NCBI GenBank assembly: GCA_965217775.1
Contig: CBDCJH010000002.1
Coordinates: forward strand, 4,832,001-4,896,000
Reading direction: 5' to 3'
DNA: 64,000 nt
Source: Acidobacteriota bacterium
Lineage (GTDB): Bacteria; Acidobacteriota; UBA6911; RPQK01; JAJDTT01
In this document: in pieces, positions 1 to 8,755 of the stretch
How positions within the stretch are numbered: the stretch's first letter is position 1
How the letters are laid out: each line of letters opens with the position of its first letter
The notes under the pieces: generated by a model
Told to the model about the DNA's origin: nothing
Databases searched by the model: none
What the model saw: the letters and a program-made list of their open reading frames with translations, nothing else
Program-made: the position numbers and the translations under genes

Positions 1-791
1 TGGCAAGCGTCCGTCTTTCCGACGAGCCGGACGCTGTGGGTCGCGAGATGCGACGGGCGCTCGGCCTCGATGGTGGATGGGCTGCGGGAGTCCGCACCTG
101 GCAGGACGCCGTGAGCGAGATGCGACGGGCGGTCGAGCGGCTTGGCGTGATGGCAGTGATCAACGGTGTGGTGGGGAACAACACGCATCGCCGGTTGAGC
201 GTGGAGGAGTTTCGCGGCTTCGCGCTCACCGATCCCTATGCGCCGCTGATCTTCGTGAACGGTGCGGATGCCAAGTCGGCGCAGATGTTCACGCTTGCTC
301 ACGAGCTGGCGCACATCTGGCTCGGCACAGAGGGGATCTCCGGCTTCGAAGTCTTACTCCCCGGCGGTTCGGACGTGGAAGACTGGTGCAACCGAGCGGC
401 GGCGGAGCTCCTCGCGCCAGCACGGAAGCTCAGAGCGCGTTGGCGGGAAGTCAAGCGGGAGGTGAGTCGTTTCGAGGAGCTCGCCCGGACGTTCAAGGTG
501 AGCCCCGTAGTCGCCGCCCGCCGAGCCCTCGACCTGAATCTCGTCGACCGCAGCACCTTCTTCGATTTCTACAAGCGCTACGTCAATCGAGAACGCAAGG
601 GCGGTACGAAGTCGAGTGGGGGCGATTTCTACAACAACCAGAACACTCGTGTCGGTGAGCTCTTTGGGATTCAGGTGCTGCGCGCAGCGATGGAAGGCCG
701 TATCGGATTCAAGCAAGCCTATGACCTGACCGGGCTGCGTGGAGGAACTTTCCAGAAGTATGCCAAGCGGCTGGGCGTGGATCTCCCATGA
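1..791 (+). CDS. ImmA/IrrE-family Zn metallopeptidase (Peptidase_M78), 5'-truncated by the window edge
   Basis: HExxH motif 'FTLAHELAHIWLG' and 'VEDWCNRAAAELL'; frame is open to the window start. Confidence 0.9.
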   Translation, partial: ASVRLSDEPDAVGREMRRALGLDGGWAAGVRTWQDAVSEMRRAVERLGVMAVINGVVGNNTHRRLSVEEFRGFALTDPYAPLIFVNGADAKSAQMFTLAHELAHIWLGTEGISGFEVLLPGGSDVEDWCNRAAAELLAPARKLRARWREVKREVSRFEELARTFKVSPVVAARRALDLNLVDRSTFFDFYKRYVNRERKGGTKSSGGDFYNNQNTRVGELFGIQVLRAAMEGRIGFKQAYDLTGLRGGTFQKYAKRLGVDLP

Positions 792-1312
792 CGGTGGATC
801 GGACCTATCTCGTGGATTCGGATGTCTTCATCACGGCGAAGAACCTGTATTACGCGTTCGACATCTGTCCCGGCTTCTGGAAGTGCGTGGTTCATCACCA
901 CCGGGACGGCCGAGTCTTCAGTGTCGACAGGGTTCGCAGCGAACTTCTCGCGGGTCACAAAAAGGAGGATCTCGTCCGGTGGGTGAGGGACGAAGTCCCG
1001 AAAGGGTTCTTCCTCCCAGTGGACACCGAGGTGGTGGTGCGTGTCTATATCGACATCATGATGTGGGTTCAACGCCATCCGCGATATTTCGACCGTGCGA
1101 AGGCGAAGTTCGCGACAGGCGCGGACGGCTGGCTGGTCGCCTATGCACAGGTTCACAGCGCCACCGTCGTCACCAACGAGCAGAGTGCGCCGGAGTCCAG
1201 GAAGGAGATCAAACTGCCCGATGTATGCGATCAGTTCAGAGTGCGGCGCAACAACACGTTCGCCATGCTTCGGGCGCTGAACGTCCACTTCGATTGGGCG
1301 GCAGACGGCTGA
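788..1312 (+). CDS. DUF4411-family PIN-like protein
   Basis: 'YLVDSDVFI', 'ADGWLVAYA', 'VVTNE', 'IKLPDVC'; ATGA overlap with the peptidase stop. Confidence 0.85.
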   Translation: MTVDRTYLVDSDVFITAKNLYYAFDICPGFWKCVVHHHRDGRVFSVDRVRSELLAGHKKEDLVRWVRDEVPKGFFLPVDTEVVVRVYIDIMMWVQRHPRYFDRAKAKFATGADGWLVAYAQVHSATVVTNEQSAPESRKEIKLPDVCDQFRVRRNNTFAMLRALNVHFDWAADG

Positions 1313-1445
1313 GTGACCCGGGTCATCCGCAAGCTACCTTCGATTGGAGGCCCACTTGTTGGGGCACGGCTTCGTCCGGGTTCCGCGTGAAGGCCCGTCG
1401 AAGCCATCCTCGCCGTCCTCCCAGTGATGCAGCCCGCGTGCGCAG

Positions 1446-1467
1446 GAACGGGACTGTTCCCATCTCG
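1446..1467. repeat. 22-bp direct repeat, copy 1 (GGGACTGTyCCC core)
   Basis: gaacgggactgttcccatctcg; 20/22 identical to 2538..2559. Confidence 0.55.
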
Positions 1468-1688
1468 GCCCTCTGTAATGGCATCCCTGGTGTTGCTGCC
1501 TGCGGAGCACGGAGCAGAAACCACCGTAATGTGCGCCAGCAAGCGACCATTCCAGGGTGGAAAATTCTATGATCGCTGGGAGATCGCGGATTCATCCAAC
1601 GAGAGCAGCGACGGGTCCGCATCGAAGCCGTTCTGGGAGAGGTCGGATGCGGAAGTCAGGAGTCTCGTGAAACCTGGCGGTGCTGAGC

Positions 1689-2153
1689 ATGGGCGACCTG
1701 AGGGTACGGACTGAACGCATCCGGATCGACGCACCGGTCGGTTTGGTCTGGGAGGTTCTGACAGACGTTGAAAGATACGGTGAGTGGAATCCGTTCACGC
1801 CGCAGGCACGGACCGATTTCAGGGTCGGTTCGCACGCACATCTGCTGGTCAGGATGGGGCCGGCGGAGGTGCGAATCACCGAGACCGTCTCCGCGTTCGA
1901 AGCACCCCGGCTCATTGCTTGGGGAAAGGCATTCGGAGCGCGCTGGCTCCTGGCTGCAATGCGGGAGCAGCATCTGGAACCCGCGAGCGAGACGAGCTGC
2001 TTTTACCACAACACGGACCGATTGACCGGCGTGCTTGCGCCGCTGGTGTTGCTTTGTTTTGGCGGTTTTATGCGTGCCGGTTTCACCGATGTCGGCAAGG
2101 GGTTGAAGCGTCGATCGGAGGCGCTGTACAAGAGCTCGAAGCCGCGTGAGTGA
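1689..2153 (+). CDS. SRPBCC/START-like ligand-binding protein
   Basis: 'IRIDAPVGLVWEVLTDVERYGEWNPF' SRPBCC N-terminal signature; start could be 1680. Confidence 0.85.
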   Translation: MGDLRVRTERIRIDAPVGLVWEVLTDVERYGEWNPFTPQARTDFRVGSHAHLLVRMGPAEVRITETVSAFEAPRLIAWGKAFGARWLLAAMREQHLEPASETSCFYHNTDRLTGVLAPLVLLCFGGFMRAGFTDVGKGLKRRSEALYKSSKPRE

Positions 2154-2250
2154 CGATCTTCGAGGGAAACGATCGAGTGATCGATGCGCTTGGCGACTTG
2201 CAGGCCGCCCTCAAACGCATCGTCAAGTAGGACACCTTCGGAAGTGAAAT

Positions 2251-2327
2251 TGGTGGAGACGATGGGATTCGAACCCACGACCTCCTGAGTGCGATTCAGG
2301 CGCTCTTCCGAGCTGAGCTACGTCCCC
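2251..2327 (-). tRNA. tRNA-Ala(CGC)
   Basis: GGGGACGTAGCTCAG...CCTGA-ATCGCAC-TCAGG...GGTTCGAATCC...TCTCCACCA; G3:U70 pair; encoded CCA. Confidence 0.97.
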
Positions 2328-2342
2328 ACCTGAGAGGGGCCT

Positions 2343-2351
2343 ATCTTAACA
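2343..2351 (-). promoter_or_regulatory. Extended -10 promoter of tRNA-Ala
   Basis: TGtTAAGAT on the minus strand, about 15 nt upstream of the tRNA. Confidence 0.6.
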
Positions 2352-2359
2352 GAGAACCT

Positions 2360-2530
2360 CTACAGGAAGTCCGACGCGCAGGGGTAACCGGGGAGCGGTT
2401 GGGCCTGGAGGACGGCCCGGACCACTGCCCGGGCGGTGACTTGGGCCGCAAGAGCCCCGACCAAACCCAGGTCCTGCCCTCGTACCGATTTGGTGGAAAG
2501 TGCGAACAGGGTATCGCCGTCCGACGGCAC
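2360..2530 (-). pseudogene. Duplicate of the last 57 codons of the P1 peptidase gene
   Basis: 158/171 nt identical to 3576..3746, no indels, stop codon retained. Confidence 0.95.
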
Positions 2531-2537
2531 AGGCCGA

Positions 2538-2559
2538 GAACGAGACTGTCCCCATCTCG
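2538..2559. repeat. 22-bp direct repeat, copy 2
   Basis: gaacgagactgtccccatctcg; begins 8 nt after the duplicated peptidase fragment ends. Confidence 0.55.
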
Positions 2560-2663
2560 CGCTCCATCGACCAAGTCATCTAGTCCCATGGCCCTCATGC
2601 GACGTTGCGGCGGGTGATGGCTTTGCGCAAGCTTTCCAGAAAACCTTCGAGCTTCGCTTGGTT

Positions 2664-2867
2664 TCATAGCTCAGAATCCTTGATCTGAGCCATCTTCATC
2701 AGATGCCTCTGCAAACCACGTTTCAGAGTGCCGCCGTGTACCGGGACCGAGATACGAGCGGGAATCCCCATCTTCACGTAGATGTGGTGGCTGCCTCTGA
2801 CTCGTTTCAACTGCCAACCTCGCGACTCGAGCAACCGGCAAAATCGCTTGCCGCTGACGGCCTTCAC
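2664..2867 (-). CDS. hicA: HicA-family toxin (mRNA interferase)
   Basis: 'LESRGW...RVRGSHHIY...ISVPVH'; GTG start overlaps the hicB TGA. Confidence 0.92.
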   Translation of the reverse strand: MKAVSGKRFCRLLESRGWQLKRVRGSHHIYVKMGIPARISVPVHGGTLKRGLQRHLMKMAQIKDSEL

Positions 2868-3067
2868 ACGGCAATCTCGATGATTTTGTCTGTCTCGGAG
2901 ACAGGAATATCCTGGATCTCGACAGATAGACACCCCTCGACGGCTTCATAGAGATTACCTAGCAGATCTTCAAACGAGTCTCCCTGAGTCGCACACCCTG
3001 GGATGGACGGCACTTCCGCCCAGTACCCGCCCTCATCTGCTTCATGGATCACGACTTTCAGCTTCAT
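2864..3067 (-). CDS. hicB: HicB-family antitoxin (short form)
   Basis: 'EGGYWAEVPSIPGCATQGDS'; AAGGAGGA RBS before the ATG at 3067. Confidence 0.92.
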   Translation of the reverse strand: MKLKVVIHEADEGGYWAEVPSIPGCATQGDSFEDLLGNLYEAVEGCLSVEIQDIPVSETDKIIEIAV

Positions 3068-3575
3068 GGTTCCTCCTTGTATTCCGCACCAGCTCACTGT
3101 CAGTCTAGTTTATCTTCCCGCCGGTAAGTACCACAGCTTTGGAAGTTCATCCCGGATCCCGGACCAAGACGTAATCCGCATCCCGGTGGAGGATCTCGGG
3201 TGCCCCGCATAGACCGGCGGAGACTCTCTCGGAGCGGAGCATCTCTTTTGTGGTCTTTCTCCGGGCATTCCCGCAGGGATATTTGGGACGGGAGCGACCC
3301 TCCCATGGAGTGCTGCTCAGATGTAAGTTGCGCAGCACTGCCGTGCCGATCATGGAGGCGAAAAAGGGGTTCGCTCCCGTCCAGCTCCGCTCTCCCCCGA
3401 TCGGCACGGCGGGGCCATTCTCACTCCCCTCCAATGGCCTCCCCTTCCGTGTGTCGGCGGCGGGGAACGATAAGCACACTTCAATCAGGGAACCGATCCC
3501 CCACAAGAGATGAGGGGCTGAATTCCTCGTACGCTGTGGCCTTCCGCTGGTCATTCCGCCGAAAAAGGAGAATCC

Positions 3576-4577
3576 CTACAGGAAGTCCGACGCGCAGGGG
3601 TAACCGGGAAGCGGTTGGGCCTGGAGGACGGCCCGGACCACGGCCCGGGCGGTGACTTGGGCCGCCAGAGCCCCGACCAAACCCAGGTCCTGTCCTTGAA
3701 CCGACTCGGCGGAAAGGGCGAACAGGGTATCCCCGTCCGCCGGCATGTGGACGGGACGGATGGTCCGGGCCAGTCCGTCGTGGGCCATCTGGGCGATCTT
3801 GGTCAGGCCCGCCTTGTCGAACTCGGCGTTGGTGGCGATGACGCCCAGGGTCGTGTTCTCACCCTCGCCCCGGCCCCGTGCCGGCAGTCCCCGTTCCCTC
3901 AGGACCGTCATGGTGTCGGCGAAGCCTCGCCCGCCCGCGCCGCGGACCCCCGCCAGGATCCTGCCGGTCTCCGGATCGATGACGTCGCCCACGGCATTGA
4001 CCGCTACCAGGGCCGCCACCACCAGGGGTCCGGCCCGGACGGCCGCCGAACCCAGGCCACCTTTCATGGCGCGTTCGTGACCCAGAATCTTGCCCACGGT
4101 GGCTCCGGCTCCCACGCCGGCGTTGCCCTCGGCGACCGGCCCGGTCCCGGCGTTTCGGCAGGCCCGGCGTCCCAATTCGGGACCCGGGCGGATCGAGGCG
4201 TCTCCCAGCGCCAGGTCGAAGAGAATGGCCGACGGCACGATGGGGACCCGGGCCACCAGCGTCTCGTATCCCACCCCACGCTCCTCCAGGTAACGGACCA
4301 CCCCGGAGGCCGCGTCCAGACCGAAGGCGCTGCCGCCGGAGAGCACCAGGGCGTGGATGCGTTTCACCGAGCGCACCGGATCCAGCAGGGCGGTTTCACG
4401 AGTGCCGGGAGCGGAGCCGCGAATGTCCACTCCGGCCATCATTTCCCGTTCCGGCAGGACGACGGTGACTCCCGTAGGCCGCCGGGGATCGACGGCATGG
4501 CCGACTCGTATGCCTTCGACATCCGTCAGGCCGCCCTCATAGCCGACAGACCCTGATGGATGCGTATCGCTGCTCAT
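3576..4577 (-). CDS. P1/S58 (DmpA-like) peptidase
   Basis: 'LTDVEGIRVGHA', 'GSAPGTRET', 'LSGGSAFGL', 'NTTLGVIATN', 'DGDTLF'. Confidence 0.92.
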   Translation of the reverse strand: MSSDTHPSGSVGYEGGLTDVEGIRVGHAVDPRRPTGVTVVLPEREMMAGVDIRGSAPGTRETALLDPVRSVKRIHALVLSGGSAFGLDAASGVVRYLEERGVGYETLVARVPIVPSAILFDLALGDASIRPGPELGRRACRNAGTGPVAEGNAGVGAGATVGKILGHERAMKGGLGSAAVRAGPLVVAALVAVNAVGDVIDPETGRILAGVRGAGGRGFADTMTVLRERGLPARGRGEGENTTLGVIATNAEFDKAGLTKIAQMAHDGLARTIRPVHMPADGDTLFALSAESVQGQDLGLVGALAAQVTARAVVRAVLQAQPLPGYPCASDFL

Positions 4578-4602
4578 GCCGGAAGTGGACGAATGCGGGT
4601 CC

Positions 4603-5017
<415 letters not shown>

Positions 5018-5027
5018 GGCCGACGAC

Positions 5028-5036
5028 ATTCTATCA
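5028..5036 (-). promoter_or_regulatory. Extended -10 promoter of rnpB
   Basis: TGaTAGAAT about 10 nt upstream of the P1 helix. Confidence 0.7.
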
Positions 5037-5116
5037 CCGGAAGATCAGGCGGAACTCGTTTCACGCGATCGCCTCGACGTGCCCGCCGGTTCACATCCCG
5101 CGAGACGAGCAAGTAA

Positions 5117-6004
5117 CTAACGGGAGCGAATCAGGCCCCGGCCCACGGCGCCCGCCTCCAGTCCGATGAGCTCGCCGTAGACCCGGCCGAACTTGACCTC
5201 GGCCTCGAACTTGACGGGTACTCGAAGCGGGTCCCGGGAGTACCAGACCCGCAGCGTCCTCCCCTTGGAGAGGATTCCTCCCTCCACTCGGAGCCGAACG
5301 GTGTCGAAAGCCCCGATCCGGAGCTTGATTTTCTCCCGCTCCTCGACCCGGACCAGCATTTCCTTGAATTTTCCCCGGTCGGCCAGGTGCGCACGGTACC
5401 GGCTCGCGTCCTCCAGCCGATGGAGCCTCACCACGTAGATGGCCGAGAGCAGATCGGTGACCGGTCCCGGAATCCCATCGGACGTGCGGTTGTGAAGCTC
5501 CCGCGGCGGATCCCGGGACACGTCCAGATCGCGGAAGTGCGCGGTGTTCCTGCGATAGTCGAAGACGGAGAGGAGATCGCGCTTACGCTTCCCCTCCCGG
5601 TGCTTCCGGAAGATCCGATAGGAATGGAAGTTCCGGGCGTCGACAATGGATTCGAAACGATTCCGCACCGAAATCTTGGCGACTTCCACCAGCCGGCCTG
5701 CCGAGACGGCCTCCATGGTGATGGTCCAGGCCGGTCTCTTGCGATACCGGGAACGCTTCACGGTGAAGTCCAACTCTCCCGCCTTGAAGGCCGGAGAGGC
5801 GAAAAGGGGCTTCCAGTTGACCTCGTATCGCAGTTTCTCTCCGGCCTGGAAGGGAGCTCTGTAGAGAGTGTCCCGATCCAGCAGAGGTCGCGCCGTTTCG
5901 GACCCGGCCGGGAGCGAGAAACAAAAGCAGGCGGACGTCAGAGCCACCGGAACGGCCCGCAACCAGCGTGCCCACCGCCGGGGCGCGAGCATTCCGCACC
6001 TCAT
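5117..6004 (-). CDS. DUF3108-like exported protein
   Basis: Signal-like N-terminus, 'PFQAGEKLRYEV', 'VWYSRDPLRVPVK'; ATGA overlap with the upstream gene. Confidence 0.75.
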   Translation of the reverse strand: MRCGMLAPRRWARWLRAVPVALTSACFCFSLPAGSETARPLLDRDTLYRAPFQAGEKLRYEVNWKPLFASPAFKAGELDFTVKRSRYRKRPAWTITMEAVSAGRLVEVAKISVRNRFESIVDARNFHSYRIFRKHREGKRKRDLLSVFDYRRNTAHFRDLDVSRDPPRELHNRTSDGIPGPVTDLLSAIYVVRLHRLEDASRYRAHLADRGKFKEMLVRVEEREKIKLRIGAFDTVRLRVEGGILSKGRTLRVWYSRDPLRVPVKFEAEVKFGRVYGELIGLEAGAVGRGLIRSR

Positions 6005-6540
6005 CCCATTTTCCAGACGAAAATGATTCCGGCCAGGACCACCGAAATGAGGAAACGGTACTCCCGGTTCCTGAGGAAGAGCTGCCACTGGAAACGAGTG
6101 GTGGTTCCGCTTCCGGCGGCGGCCGGGCCCGGGAACCGGACCGGACAGAATCGGGGCACGCCGGCGGCATAGGCAGCGTAGTCGCCCCCGTAGTGGCTGA
6201 GCATTTCCCGCTCTTCCCGGAGCATCACCGGCCAATAGATGCCCGGAAACAGAACCAGATAGACCAGGAGCAGCCAGAGCTCCGCCGCCGCCACGGTGAA
6301 ACCGAGCCCGGCCAGAAAGGACCCCAGATAGAGCGGATTCCGGGTCAGGCGGTAGGGGCCCGTCCGGGCCAGTCCCCGCCACTTGTCCAGGTGTCCCGAG
6401 GCCCAGAGGCGGATGCATGCGCCCAGCGCCGCCACCGGCATTCCGAACCAGAACAGGTCCGGACGCGGCTGGGCGAACAGGAAGAGGAGGAGCCCGAAGG
6501 CGAGACCGGCGGGAACCCGGATTCTCTGAACCAGGGTCAT
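6001..6540 (-). CDS. Isoprenylcysteine carboxylmethyltransferase (ICMT/PEMT)-family membrane methyltransferase
   Basis: 'GPYRLTRNPLYLG', 'REEREML...YAAY...VPRF'; ATGA overlap with the waaC stop. Confidence 0.85.
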   Translation of the reverse strand: MTLVQRIRVPAGLAFGLLLFLFAQPRPDLFWFGMPVAALGACIRLWASGHLDKWRGLARTGPYRLTRNPLYLGSFLAGLGFTVAAAELWLLLVYLVLFPGIYWPVMLREEREMLSHYGGDYAAYAAGVPRFCPVRFPGPAAAGSGTTTRFQWQLFLRNREYRFLISVVLAGIIFVWKMG

Positions 6541-7646
6541 CGGGGCGCCGGTCCTTTCATAGCCGCCGACAACCGCCGGCAGACCGCCCGGAAGACCTGT
6601 TCCACGGAAATGTTCATGCAGATGAACTCCCCGCAGCTCCGCTTGTTGCAGTCCGAGCAGTAGAGGTAACGCTTGACGATCCGATCCTCCGGGTGAAAGG
6701 GTCCGTTGCGCCGGGCGATGGAGGGACCCATCACCGCCACCGCCGGGGTTCCCAGCGCCACGGCCAGATGAAGGGGACCCGTGTCCCCCGCCACCATCAG
6801 GCGGGAGCGCCGGCAGAGAGCCGCCAGTTCCAGGATCGTGGTGGGAAAACTGACCACGGACCCGGGCCGGGAACGATCCCGGATCTCGCCGACCAGATCC
6901 TCCTCTCCCGGACCGTAGGTGAAGAGCACCGGAAGCTTCAGCCGCCGCCGGATCTCGGAGCCCAGGCGGGCGAACTTGCGGGCGGGCCAGAGCTTGGTTG
7001 GCCACCCGGCGCCCGGATTCAACAGGATCGGCCCGCCGCCGCCAACGGCCTGAAGCCGATGGTCGACGTATCGCTTCGCCTCGGCGGGGATCCGAAAAGG
7101 CACCCTGGCCGTGGGCTCCCCGCCGCACCCCAACGACCCCGCCAGTTCCAGGTTCAGATCGATGACGTGGCCATTTCCGCGGGTCCGGACGGTGTCGGTA
7201 TAGAAGCCGGCCGCCGCCGGCTCGCGGCATCGTTCCCGGCAGAATCCCAGCCGTCTCCCGGCGCCGGAGAGACGGGCCAGGAACGCCGACTTGATCAGGC
7301 CCTGAAAGTCCAACGCCAAGTCGAAGCGCTCCCGCCGCAGCGCCCGGATCAGGTGGACCAGATCCAACGCCGTCCGGGGCTGGCGCCGCCAGCGCTTGGT
7401 GTCGGCCGTCCAGATTCGATGGATGCCGGGAACGGTCTCCAGCAGGCCGCGGTAGTGGGGCTCGACGAGCCAGTGGATCTCACAATCGGGGAAGCGGCGG
7501 TGGACCTGCTGTTGGGCCGGCAGGGCGTGAACGATGTCGCCGAGCGCGCCCAACCGGACGATCAGGATCTTTTCCGGGCAGTTCAGAGTGGGTGAGGAGG
7601 CGGGGCGGGGGCTGCCGGAAGCGACGGAAGAGAAGTTTCGGAGCAT
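6537..7646 (-). CDS. waaC: GT9 LPS heptosyltransferase I
   Basis: 'ILIVRLGALGDIVH', 'DFQGLIKS', 'GDTGPLHLA'; start uncertain. Confidence 0.8.
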   Translation of the reverse strand: MLRNFSSVASGSPRPASSPTLNCPEKILIVRLGALGDIVHALPAQQQVHRRFPDCEIHWLVEPHYRGLLETVPGIHRIWTADTKRWRRQPRTALDLVHLIRALRRERFDLALDFQGLIKSAFLARLSGAGRRLGFCRERCREPAAAGFYTDTVRTRGNGHVIDLNLELAGSLGCGGEPTARVPFRIPAEAKRYVDHRLQAVGGGGPILLNPGAGWPTKLWPARKFARLGSEIRRRLKLPVLFTYGPGEEDLVGEIRDRSRPGSVVSFPTTILELAALCRRSRLMVAGDTGPLHLAVALGTPAVAVMGPSIARRNGPFHPEDRIVKRYLYCSDCNKRSCGEFICMNISVEQVFRAVCRRLSAAMKGPAPR

Positions 7647-7679
7647 ACGATGGGCCCCTCGAGACGGAAGCCCATCGTA

Positions 7680-8732
7680 TCACGGGCGTCTCGGAGCCTG
7701 ATCTTCGGTCAACAGCCGTTGGGCCGCCCGGTAGACCTCTCCGGAGTGAATGCGATCGAAGCAGCGCAGATCGATGGGGCACTCCCGGAGCAGACAGGGG
7801 CTGCACTCCACATGCTTGTGGATGACGGCGGCGTTCGGGCTGAAGGGTCCCGTGGCCACTTCGTCCGTGGATCCGAATACCGCCACCAGCGGCACTCCCA
7901 GCGCAGCCGACAGATGCATGGGACCCGAATCGTTCCCCAGAAACAACCGGCACCGGGCCAGCACCCCGATGAGGGTGGAGAGCGAGGTCCGTCCCACCAG
8001 GAACCGGGGAGTCCGTTTCATCCTCTCCCGGACCCGGACCGCAAGCGGCGTCTCCGAACTGGAACCCAGGAGCACGACCTCGGCACCCATCTCCTCGATC
8101 AGACGATCGGCCACCTCCGCGTAACGCTCCGGGAACCATCGCTTGGCGGAACCGAAGGCCGCTCCCGGATTCAGCCCCACCAAGGGCCTGCCGCGGTCGG
8201 CGCCCGCCTCGCTGAGCAGGGAGTCGGCCGACTCCAGTTGCGCCTGGGAGGGGGTGAGATGGATGTCGGGCCGAAAGGAGGAGTCATTCAGATAGTCGAT
8301 GGGCGAGACACCGGCCTGGAACAGCAGATCCAGGTAGTAGAAGGTCTGGTGACGGCCCAGCTCTCCGGTTCGGGGCCGCACGCCCCGAGTCAGCAGGAAC
8401 CGCCGTCCGTCGGTGGTGTAGCCGATCCGATTCGGGATGCGCGCCGTCAGCGCCAGCAGCGCCGCTTCGAAAGCGTTCTGGAAAAGGACTGCCGTGTCGA
8501 ATCCCCGGAGCCGCCGTCCCACACGGAAAACTCCCCGCACCCCCAGGGATCGGTTCCGGAGCGTGACCAGGTGATCCGCCACGCCTTGTCCTTCGAAGAT
8601 CGGAGCCACCCATTCCCGGGCCAGAAGAGTCAACCGGGCCTGGGGCTGCAGCCGGCGCAGCTCCCTCAGGGCCGCCAGCGACATGACGGCGTCTCCAATC
8701 CAGTTGGTGCAGCGAACCAGGACCTGTTCCAT
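7680..8732 (-). CDS. waaF: GT9 LPS heptosyltransferase II
   Basis: 'NWIGDAVMS', 'NPGAAFGSAKRW', 'NDSGPMHL'. Confidence 0.88.
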   Translation of the reverse strand: MEQVLVRCTNWIGDAVMSLAALRELRRLQPQARLTLLAREWVAPIFEGQGVADHLVTLRNRSLGVRGVFRVGRRLRGFDTAVLFQNAFEAALLALTARIPNRIGYTTDGRRFLLTRGVRPRTGELGRHQTFYYLDLLFQAGVSPIDYLNDSSFRPDIHLTPSQAQLESADSLLSEAGADRGRPLVGLNPGAAFGSAKRWFPERYAEVADRLIEEMGAEVVLLGSSSETPLAVRVRERMKRTPRFLVGRTSLSTLIGVLARCRLFLGNDSGPMHLSAALGVPLVAVFGSTDEVATGPFSPNAAVIHKHVECSPCLLRECPIDLRCFDRIHSGEVYRAAQRLLTEDQAPRRP

Positions 8733-8755
8733 CGCTCCTGCCTGAGTCCCCCGCT

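Noticed and set aside
2150-2230. 26-codon ORF (VTIFEGNDRVIDALGDLQAALKRIVK) coupled to the SRPBCC stop
   Set aside because: Too short to support; it may be a gene remnant, but no family was recognised.
2360-3746. Diversity-generating retroelement TR/VR interpretation of the duplicated gene end
   Set aside because: Mismatches are not confined to adenines of one copy, most changed codons are synonymous, and no reverse transcriptase is present.
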